Origin: Selaginella moellendorffii
Taxonomy: Eukaryota; Plantae; Lycopodiophyta
NCBI RefSeq assembly: GCF_000143415.4
Contig: NW_003314264.1
Location: 1,149,520-1,213,519, forward strand
Length of the DNA: 64,000 bases
Direction of reading: 5' to 3'
This document shows positions 1-10,600 of the stretch, one piece after another; positions within the stretch are counted from its first letter, which is position 1; every line of letters begins with the position of its first letter. A program made the translations under genes and the position numbers. The notes below the pieces were generated by a model that saw only the letters and a list, made by a program, of their open reading frames with translations, did no database searches and had not been told where the DNA came from.

Positions 1-350
1 GCAAGTGTTGCACTCAAGACTTGGGATTTAGAGGGTCCCATGATCAAGTCTTGTGGTACCAAGGGATGTTAGGAACCTGGAAGCTTGGTGTGCTTGGCTG
101 CTTGTGCTTGCGGGGAGTGTAGCCGAACCTTAAGTCCAGTCTAACCCGGGGAGGGGGATTGGGAGTGATTTGGGAATCCATGGAAGGATGGCTAACACTC
201 CGTTGCTCGTGCAGTGAGTAGCTAAAACCAAGTAGGAGCTGGTACCATAGGCGAGAACCTTGGCGAGGGAACTTAGCAAAAGCCAAGGCAGTGTTGGACG
301 GATAGGCGAGGTAAGCTGGCAAAGTGGAAAGGAAAAATTTGTGGCTTACA
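1..350 (+). repeat. 5' LTR, family A (partial)
   Basis: Ends GTGGCTTACA; near-identical to 6351-6700. Confidence 0.95.
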
Positions 351-353
351 ATT

Positions 354-365
354 TGGTATCGGAGC
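354..365 (+). promoter_or_regulatory. Primer-binding site (tRNA-iMet type)
   Basis: TGGTATCGGAGC starts 3 nt after the LTR; plant consensus is TGGTATCAGAGC. Confidence 0.9.
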
Positions 366-490
366 CTTCTCCTCAGTTCTAGCGAAGGATAGAGGCGGAT
401 TGCTGGGAGATGGCAAGGGCAGGGCGTAAGTGAACCCAGGCGGAGACAGAACCTCCGCCAGAGCTGGAGCCTCCGGTCGAACAAGAGGCT

Positions 491-3400
491 ATGGATGAGG
501 AATCCTTGCATGAGGAGGACTCTAGTGAGGAAACTTCCAAACAGGAGTCCGGTGGCGAGGTTCGGTCGTCCAAGGCTCGATTGGACGTTCTAGAAGGTCA
601 ATTGGCGCAGACCAATGCCCTGCTGGAGACTCTCGTACGCAAGCTAAAGCGTGACGAGAAGCGAAAGAAAAGGCGAAAGACTGCAGATGCTGGCAGCGCA
701 GAAGGTGCGGACCCTTCGGCAGGGACTGAGGCAAAACCAGACAAGGTCGAACAGACCGAAGTGGAATCAGTCCCTCAGGCAGTTCCCAAGTACAAACCAA
801 AGCCCCCACCGGTGTTCAAGGGAGTGAACGACTATAAGGTTGTGGAGGATTGGTTTTACGATATGGAGGACTACTTCCGAGCGTTACGGTTACCGAGCTC
901 GGAGAAGGTCCCATGTGCAAAACCATACTTGGCAGATAATGCCAAGTCTTGGTGGAGAACAACGGAGGCCAACGAAGGACCGGTGGCCACCTGGGACATG
1001 ATGAAGGCGAGGATCCGCGCGACATACGTTCCTCCGAATGCCACTCTGCATCTGAGAGATGAGCTGAGTAGGCTGAAGCAGAGTGGAACCATCCAGGAAT
1101 ATGTGAATGGGTTCATGGCAAAGAGGATACTTGTCACGGACATGGGGGATATGGATGCGTTCCATGCCTTTATATCAGGTTTGCAAACCTGGGCTCGCGG
1201 TGAGGTGATGCGCTGGAACCCGACCAACTACAAGGAAGCGTTGGATGCGGCCATCAAGGTGCATTTCAACGATAACCTGCGAAAGGGGAACACGACGGGG
1301 TCGGGATCCACGTTTCACAAAGGGGCCAAACCGAGGGGAACATATAGCAGGGGGAAATTCAAGAAGAGTTTCTCTAAGAATGAGTCCTTGGGATTTCGGA
1401 AAGGCAAATCCGGTGGCCAGCGAGCAAGTACGTGGGGGAGTCAAGCGAAAAGAGACAAACCCACGGATAAGAAGGTCAAGTCATATAGCAGCGTGGGAAA
1501 CAATGTATGCTATAACTGCGGTGAAGCGGGACACTTTTCGAGGGAATGTCCCTACCCGAAGAAGGCCAGAGCCAATATGGCCATCAAGTTGGGTGAAGTC
1601 CAAAATGAGGTATGTGATCCAGTCCCTAACTCAAAGTTACTCATTACACGAGCAACTTTGGTAGAGAGTCATTCGCGACATCTACTAGCCCTCCGAGGGA
1701 AGCTCGGAGGTAGCTTTGTTAAGATCCTTATTGACACGGGTGCTTCGGATAATTTTGTGGCTGCAGACATAGTCCGGCAAGCCGGACTAACGGTGCAGCG
1801 GCTAGGCGAACCAAGGACTATAGAGTTTGTTCAAGGTAGCCAAAGCACCGATGAGGTACTTCGACAAGCGAAAGTCGAAGTAGGGACATGGAAGGTAGAC
1901 ATGGATTTCACCGTGTTGGACATGGCGGGATTTGACGTGATCTTCGGAATGGATTAGTTCAATCGGTTTGTGGTAGCCCTACATGGACAAGGTAGGAACC
2001 TTGTGGTACTGGCGAATGCCCAAGGAAGAAGATCTAGGGTGGAAGCCCAGGATCTAAAGGTAGGGCAAAGCAAGGCCAAAGAATCCTGCTTAAACCTGGT
2101 GTCCACGAGAGGACAACTCACTAAAGGAACTAAGGCAGCCTTTTTGTGCTTACTCTCGGTGAAGAGTGACAAAAAGACAAGAACGGAAGAAGTGCCTTTA
2201 GTGATCCAGCGGGTGTTGGACCAATTCCAGGATACCATGCCGGAGGAGCTACCGGCGGGGCTGCCCCCAGCACGACCGATAGAACATAAGATTGAGCTGG
2301 TCGAGGGTGCTGAGGCAGTGGTTCGTCCCCCTTATCGTTTGAACGAAAAAGAACTCAAGGAGCTCAAGTGCCAACTAGAGGAGTTGGTGGACAAAGGGTA
2401 TGTTAGGTTGAGCAAGTCGCCGTATGGGGCGCCGGTGTTATTTGTGAAAAAGAAAGATGGATCTATGCGCATGTGCATAGACTACCGCTTGCTCAACAAG
2501 TATACAAAGAAGAACAAGTACCCTTTGCCAAGGATTGAGGACCTGTTCGATAGGTTGGGAAAGGCAAAATACTTCTCGAGGATTGACCTAAGGTCAGGAT
2601 ACTACCAGATCAGGGTAGCCGAGGAAGATGTCGAGAAGACAACCTGTCGAATGAGGTATGGGAGCTTTGAGTTTCTGGTGATGCCCTTCGGGCTATGTAA
2701 TGCGCCGGCAACGTTTTCGGCGCTAATGAACCACGTCTTTGTACCCTATCTGGATCACTTCGTAGTCGTCTATATCGACGACATCCTGATCTATAGCGAG
2801 ACGCTAGAAGAGCACGCCGAACACTTGGCGAAGGTGTTTGAGAAACTAAGGGAACACAAGCTGTATGCTAAAGAGAGCAAATGTGACTTTGCTCAACAAG
2901 AGGTAAAGTTTCTCGGGCATGTGGTGGGCCAGGACGGGCTCAAGGTGGACCCGGAGAAGGTCCAAGCGATCCAGGAATGGGAGCGACCATCGAATGTACA
3001 TGAGTTGAGGGCGTTCCTGGGGCTATACAACTACTATCGAAAGTTTATCAGACACTATTCGAGAGTAGCCCTGCCCTTAACGGACCAAACAGGAAAAGGG
3101 AAGATGGTATGGACAGCAGAATGCGAGGCGGCATTCGTCCACCTCAAAGGGAAGTTGAGGAAGGCTCCCGTATTGGCATTGCCAAACTTTGGTAAGGACT
3201 TTGAGGTAGAAACGGATGCTTCGGACTTTGCGTTGGGCACAGTTCTGAAGCAAGACAACCATCCGGTAGCGTTCTTCTCGAAGAAGCTGGACAAGGCTCA
3301 ACGGAAGTGGCCTGCCCATGAGAAGGAATTGTTTGCGGTGGTCAAGGCACTCAAGGAGTGGCGACACTACCTTGGGAGACACTTCAAGGTTTACACGGAC

Positions 3401-5182
3401 AATGTGGCAACGAAACACTTCTTGTCACAGCCCGACCTAAGAGGGAAACAAGGTCGGTGGGCTAATGCCTTGGCCGAGTTTGATTGCGAAATTCTGTACA
3501 AGCCTGGGAAGAGCAACATCGTGGCGGATGCGCTAAGTCGAAAAGCGAGCTTGAAGTTGGCAATATCCAGCGCAACAGCAACCTTCTGGGACGATGTGCG
3601 GACAGCATATGAGAACGATGGTCTAGCACAAGAAGTGTTGCTGAGGAATCTAGAGGCGCGGGAAGCTCACCAGAGAGGTGAGCTGCCAACGGAAGAGAAA
3701 ACGGGCTATGCGGAACGCAACGGACTCATTTATTACAAGCAAACGAGGGTGTATGTTCCAGAAGGGGAACTAAGGAAGGTGGCCTTAGAAGAGTGTCATG
3801 ACGGACCTCTTGCGGGACACGGCAGAGTGCCCAAGACGATGGGCTTACTCAAGAGGAAGTACCATTGGCCAGATATGGCTAAGGACGTCCAAGACTATGT
3901 AAAGACATGTCCAACATGTCAGCAGGTCAAAGCCGTGACTAAGGCTAGTGGGGGCTTGTTGCAAAGCATCCCAATTCCAGATCGCCCGTGGAAATGTCTT
4001 ACGATGGACTTCATCACGGGACTACCCCCAAGCGAGGGGTTCGATGCGATATTCGTGGTGGTGGACCGATTTTCAAAGATGGCACATTTCATACCCACCA
4101 CAACGGACGTGGATGCGGAAGGTGTGGCGAAGCTATTCTTCGAACAAGTGGTTCGAGTGCGGGGAAGGCCGGAAGAGATTATCTCAGATCGAGATAAGAT
4201 CTTCACTAGTAGGTTCTGGAGGACACTCCTAGAACAGTATCGCACCAAATTGAAATTCAGCACAGCCTATCACCCACAGACAGGTAATGGGTATTAAGTC
4301 AAGATTGATGGCACTAACACTTCTTGACAGATGGACAAACGGAAAGGGTGAATATGCAGCTGGAGGATTATTTGTGATGCTATGTCTCGGGAGACCAGAC
4401 CGACTGGGTAAGTCATTTGGGACTTGCGGAAATGTGTTATAACAACTCACCACACTCAAGCATCGGGGTGAGTCCATGGGAAGTCATCAATGGGCGAGCT
4501 ATTGAAGGTCCTGTGGAACTCGGCGTGGCCGAGTATCATGGAGAGTTACCCGCAGTGGAGGCATTCACGGCGGAAAGACTCAACATTTGGAATCTAGTGA
4601 GGGATTCCTTGGAACGGGCTCAACAAAGGCAAACTAAGTACGCGAACCAAAAGCGTCGGGATGTGGAGTTCCAAGCTGGGGAGAAGGTGTGGCTGAACAC
4701 CAAGAACCTCAGACTACCAAGCTGGATCAGCCGAAAGTTGACCCAAAGGTAAAGACGCATGTATTCCTGTAAATGAATTGATCTTGAGTTCCTTAAGCAG
4801 GTTCGCGGGGCCTTATGAAATTGAGGCACGAATCGGTAAAGTGGCTTACCGACTCCGACTTCCTCGAGAGATGGGGAAGATGCACCCAGTGTTCCACGTG
4901 AACTTACTCAAGCCGTACTTTGAGGATCCGCTTCGCAAGGACCAAGTGAGACCTTTACCTGAGGTTATCCAAGGGGAAGAGGAATACGAAGTCGAGGCCA
5001 TCCTCAATGAGCGCAAGAGTAAGCGACAAGGACGCGAGGTGAGAGAGTTCCATGTGAAGTGGAAAGGATTTCCACACTACGAAGCAACATGGGAACCGGA
5101 GGAGAACCTAGCGAACGCTCAAGATCTAGTGGAGGAATTTCTGCAAGGCAGAACTTTATATACTTATGCAAAATTCAATTAA
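491..5182 (+). pseudogene. gag-pol polyprotein (Gag, CCHC knuckle, protease, RT, RNase H, integrase, chromodomain) with introns 4284-4330 and 4749-4800 and two point nonsense codons
   Basis: CYNCGEAGHFSREC; LIDTGA; [10 protein letters not shown]; ETDASD; integrase H..H..C..C and MDFI; EYEVEAIL...KWKGF...TWEP. TAG at 1955-1957 sits where GMDW is expected. TGA at 4375-4377 is probably a former CGA. Confidence 0.93.
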
Positions 5183-5568
5183 AAATATCAATTTGCAAAG
5201 TTGAGCAAGTGGCATATGTTGGGACCCGAAGGCGCGCCAAAGGTAAGCTAATTAGCATGGGTTGGATAGGTCGACCAGGCGTAGGGCACTACGCCCGACT
5301 CCCTGCGGGGATGTCGAATCCGTAGACGTATTCTACGGAGGTTGGGTTCGAGTCCCAACCCCCTAGTAAAGCAAGGCTGGGTTCAAGTCCCGACCCTATA
5401 CTAGGGCGTGGTGAGGTGAGGAGTATAGGGACACCTATATTCCGTTGTCATGGGCTCTTGGCCGGGGAGGCTAACTTAGGCACACCGCTAAGTGGGGGGA
5501 TGCCCCCGGAGACATGGACAACAAGTCGTAGGATAAAACGAGACGTTCGATGTGGGCATCGAACTTCT

Positions 5569-5585
5569 TCTATGGGTGGTGGAGT
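5569..5585 (+). promoter_or_regulatory. Polypurine tract region
   Basis: TCTATGGGTGGTGGAGT abuts the TG of the 3' LTR; the same sequence occurs at 30189-30205. Confidence 0.85.
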
Positions 5586-6700
5586 TGTAAGGAACCGACT
5601 CCCCGAGATGTCGTAGGCTAAAGGATCCCCAAAAGCTTGACCGAAGTGACAAAGAGTTCATCGGATGGGACCAAGTCGAGGATCGAGTCCAAGACCGACT
5701 CTAGGACCGAGTTCGAGATAGAGTCCGGAATCGAGTCCGAGACCGACTCGGGGACCGAGTTCGAGTCCGAGTTCGAGACCGAGTTCGAGACGGAGTCCGA
5801 GATCCGAAATCGGGTCCGAGACCGGGTCCGAGATCGAGTCCGTGATCGAGTCCGAACCCGAATCCGAAGTCGGATCCGAAATCGGGTCCGAGATCGAGCC
5901 AGAGACTAAGTCCAAATACTAATACGGGTCAAGGGGTGAAAGCCCAAAGCGTGCGTCTCCCAGGGGGGGGGGGGGGCTGCAGGGGGTTCCAAAAGTATAG
6001 TAGGGATAGTGAGGTCCAGGAACCAGTTTTGAAGGGACTCTCCAGTTGGGCTTCCAAACCGACTTGAGGTTGGGATTGGGACCGAGGGGCCTTGGGTGGG
6101 AGTGAGCATGGACTTGGCTGGTGCCGGAGGGGCCATCCAAGGAAGTGCTCAAGAGCAGCTCCCACTCCCGAAAGGGAAACCGATTGCGATGCTCCCGGCT
6201 CATGTGGAGTGGTGCCCCACTTGAGTACCATGCGGCTCATTGGTCCTCGCCCTTCCTAGGGGCTTGGGCCTTCCTTCGGGATGGAAGTGGGGGGCGAGAG
6301 GTACCCATACCGGGCCGCTAAGCCACGGTGTTTCGCCCCGGCGTCCCGAAGCAAGTGTTGCACTCAAGACTTGGGATTTAGAGGGTCCCATGATCAAGTC
6401 TTGTGGTACCAAGGGATGTTAGGAACCTGGAAGCTTGGTGTGCTTGGCTGCTTGTGCTTGCGGGGAGTGTAGCCGAACCTTAAGTCCAGTCTAACCCGGG
6501 GAGGGGGATTGGGAGTGATTTGGGAATCCATGGAAGGATGGCTAACACTCCGTTGCTCGTGCAATGAGTAGCTGAAACCAAGTAGGAGCTGGTACCATAG
6601 GCGAGAACCTTGGCGAGGGAACTTAGCAAAAGCCAAGGCAGTGTTGGACGGATAGGCGAGGTAAGTTGGCAAAGTGGAAAGGAAAAATTTGTGGCTTACA
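5586..6700 (+). repeat. 3' LTR, family A (1115 bp) with GAGTCC/GAGACC microsatellite
   Basis: TG...CA ends with a 6-bp inverted repeat; matches the 5' LTR. Confidence 0.95.
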
Positions 6701-7680
6701 CTTTGTCATGGTTTTCTCCTCTTCTGGAGAAGAGCATGAAAGGGGTCGTGGTTCCAGAGCTGATGGATCTTCAATTGTTCAAAGAGAAGCTCGAAGCATG
6801 TTTTGGCGAGACGGATCGGGTTCGGGCTGCTACCACAAAGATGAGACGTCTCTCTCAGGGGTCTCGTCCTGCCTCGATCTATGCTGCAGAGTTCCAACTC
6901 CTTGCTTTGGACACTCAGTGGGATGAGCGGGCCCTGATTGACCAATTTCGTTTCGGCCTCAACAACGGTGTCAAGGATTTGTTGCTCACTATGGAGGATC
7001 CCAAGGACCTGTCGGATGCCATCAACAAAGCTGTTCGATGTGACAATCGTCTCTTTGAACGTCGTCAGGAAAGTCACCGCACCGCTGTTTTTCCGTCCCA
7101 GACTCAGGAATCCCAGCTTGAGTCTTCGGGGCATACTCCTGAACCTACTGCTCCGGTTCCGATGGATATTTCTGGTACTCCCCGACTCATTAGAGGGAAG
7201 TTGAGTCCTGCTGAGAAGCAACGTCGAATATCTCATAATCTTTGCCTCTATTGTGCTGATCCTAATCACAAAGCAGCTGTATGTCCCAAGATTCCTGACA
7301 GAGGGGGTGCTGTCAGGAATCCCCCAATTCTTGCCACATTCCTGACCTGCAGACCACATTCCTGACTCTCGAGACACTTCCCTATTCCTGACTCTCGAGA
7401 CACTTCCCTATTCCTGACTCTCGAGACACTTTCCAATTCCTGAGTCTTGAGCCATATTCCTAATGATGATGTGGCGCCTCCTCGACCTCAGCTATATTTA
7501 GGCCGTCCTCGATCCAAGAGTGGTGGAGCTTCATCAACCTATAGTATATATAGGTTAGCCTTGTTCCATTTCTCCACAATCTGAATCAACGCCAGTCTAA
7601 GGCCTCTTCTTTGTTTCCACTAGTTTTTTCTCTTTGTCTTTTTGCATTTTCCAGTCTTGATCTTGTCAGGGGTCTTGACA
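6701..7680 (+). mobile_element. Gag-only (TR-GAG-like) LTR element, 3' part; interrupted by family A
   Basis: Gag frame (LSQGSRPASIYAAEF...CLYCADPNHKAAVC) runs straight into the PPT GAGGGGG and a 370-bp LTR at 7311-7680 (TGTCAG...TTGACA). No pol present. Confidence 0.8.
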
Positions 7681-10600
7681 AGAGGCTTAATTATCAATGA
7701 ATAAAGCTTAAATGAAAACACAAAAGTGATCTAAGTAAGTTATCATCCGATAAACTAGGATGAGCGTATAGGAACCACCAAGATCACCATAGTTGGAAAA
7801 TATAGAATTTATTATCCAACAAAATTCAATAGCCAATATACCATCAATAACACTTGATAATAAAACTTAGAGGGAAAGGGCCCATGAACAAGAATGCACC
7901 CCCTTTTCCAATCGGTTAAGGGTCTTGGGATAGTTGGGGTTAAGTGTCCTTGGGTTTGAATAGTACTGGGCTAGGTGACCTCTCAGGAAGTCCAAACTCA
8001 GGAGCTTATATTAACTATCAAAGATTTCAGATAGCATACTAAACAACTTACATAAGAGAACTCAAAAAACACAAAGTATCATTGACTAGCAAGCAAATAC
8101 TCGCGAATGTATCATCCAAAGGAAGTAACATCAAATCTATCAAAACCAACTATAACAACAATCAACAAAACAGAATAAATGTGGTAAAACTAACAAACAT
8201 GCATTCATGGCAACTATTGCACTAGCCAATCTAAATAGATTCTAATCAATAATACCAAGGAACTAGAGTTGCTCAAGCAAGCGGGAACTAGAGTTGCTCA
8301 AGCAAGCGTCAGCAACATCCTAATGATGTCTCAAACCCAAGAGACTAATCCAAAACAAATCATAAAGAACATGTGGTAATGCGAAAAGCTATAAGCCATC
8401 AAAGAGAATAACTAACTATCATTAATTATCCCATCAATAAAGAGATGCATAATCATTGTCGAAGAAAGAATCCACCATCCGAAGAATGGTAAATTATTCT
8501 AGATCAACAATAATCAAGCAGAACTTTTTGACAAAAATAATCAACTATTCTAGATGATAGTTAATCATTACCAATGATTGCTAAATGCAAATACTAACTT
8601 TAATATCAAAGCTAATAAGCTAAAAATGCCTTCCCCACCAATTTTTAATAAATGGAACAATGAGCATAAAACTCAAAGAACCAAAAGCTTGAAGAAGCCT
8701 ATAACCAAGTCTTGCCTAACAATGATCACAAGTTTGCATGAACTAACTCAATGCTAAAGAAGATATCATGGTACAATCCACAATATCTTCCTCAACACAT
8801 CCATAAGTTAAATTTCATAATGTTAAAGCTAATGAAGAGCATATCTACATCAATCCAAAAGCCAAATATATTGAAGCTATGTTTAACAAGTGATCACCAA
8901 ATGATCCTCCATGAATCCATCTATAGCAAGACGTAACTCACTTCATAACAAGCGTGAAAAAAATCATTAATGATCAATATATTCCAACTCAAATCTAACA
9001 AGGACTCAAATATTCCAATATCGATCACTAATTTTTCCTCTCATAAAGCTAACATAATCCATGACTAAATCACTTTTCAAGGAAAAGCTAAAGCTCAACG
9101 CCTACTAAACAATCATGTCGAGAACATAACTAACTCCACTTGCCACTTAGTTCATTTGAACATCAATACAGTTGTTAACTAACAAATGCATGAATGTTAA
9201 TAACACAAAGCTACAACTAAATCATCAACATTATCTTCATCAAGACTAATGAAACTCAATATCAATCTTATGGAGAGACATCTTATTTCACTTAAATCCC
9301 AACATCAATAATATTAACAATAAGGCATCACTTCAATGCCATCAACACTAAAATAAAGCTAGAAGAAAGTGAGAGTGAATAACCATTCAAAGTTATTTAA
9401 CAACCAAGTTAACCAAAATCGAAGATACTATAGTTAGTATCCAAGACTAATTCTTCAACAATACTCAGTTATAGATAACATATCATCAAGGAATGATTCA
9501 CCACATCCAAGACTCAATGAAATTTAACACCACAGATTAAACGTAACCAAATGATATCGACAAAGGTGGAATTGATATGCGTACATGGAAAAACCATGGA
9601 AGTCTAATGACACAATCCTCCATAACACCACTCAGTAAAGCAAGCCCATTACTGCTAAATCGTCATCGAGCGAAGCAAGTGTCAATAATTCATGACGAAG
9701 TCTACAAGTAATCATTAGTCACAAAACAACCAACAATTACTCTTTAACTTGCCTTCATAAGACCTAAACACTAAACTCATACTATCAAATCATATACTTG
9801 TTCAACATGAATGTAATACCCCAAACACAAGATAAAAGTTCATGAATAAGCACAAACTAAATGACCACTCGAATTCAACTCAATCGCAATAAGCTCACTA
9901 ATGTGTTTAGCCAATACCTTTGAGCATACTTTAAAAAGGCTAGCTATGCATGATCAACACTTAGTTGAAACTAAAGTGTAAACCATGAGATGGACTCCTA
10001 TCAGTACACAACTTCCTCGTAGACAAAGCTATAGTATAGGTACTAACATCTTAAACTCAAACAACTACGTTGGACATCACCATCCTTAGCCAAGGTGTAG
10101 GGCTACCAAGACTAAGTCAAAATCTGAGAGCTCACTACTCTCATAGAGTTTAACAAAATGCAAGGTGCAACTTGCCACTAAGCACAACGCTACAAAAGAA
10201 AGGCACAAGAGTCATCTTTTTAAAAAAGTGTAACAGCCACTTTTCTACACCAACTCTAAACTTTAACCAACTCAATTGCTTTAGCCTCAAAAGTCGGCAT
10301 CTCTTTTAGATCGTATCATACAAACTACTTACTAAGGTTTAAGCTAATTAAAGTCAACTCCAACCCCTTCACTTGTTTGTATTGGCTTACGAAAATTGAG
10401 AGGTTTTCAAACAAAATGATCAACAGATCAGCCATTGGAGAAGTTTGAGAAAATTTGTGAAAAATTTTCCATCTTAGATAAAGAATGACTCTCAGTCTAG
10501 GAACACAAATTTTCAAGACTCAACCAACTTCCTCTTACTAGCAACTTCATATAGGTTCACTTCAACACTAATTTTTATGACCCAACAGCATGCTTAAGCA

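Larger units (their letters stand above)
1..6700 (+). mobile_element. Ty3/gypsy chromovirus LTR retrotransposon (family A); 5' LTR runs off the window start
   Basis: 1-350 matches 6351-6700 with 3 differences seen. 3' LTR 5586-6700 has TGTAAG...CTTACA ends. PBS follows the 5' LTR, PPT precedes the 3' LTR. Domain order gag-PR-RT-RH-IN-chromo. Confidence 0.97.

Noticed and set aside
1955-1957. TAG between the gag and pol ORFs as programmed readthrough
   Set aside because: It falls inside the protease motif GMDW, so a TGG>TAG mutation is simpler.
5340-5395. tRNA gene
   Set aside because: Only T-arm-like hairpins; no acceptor, D or anticodon arms.
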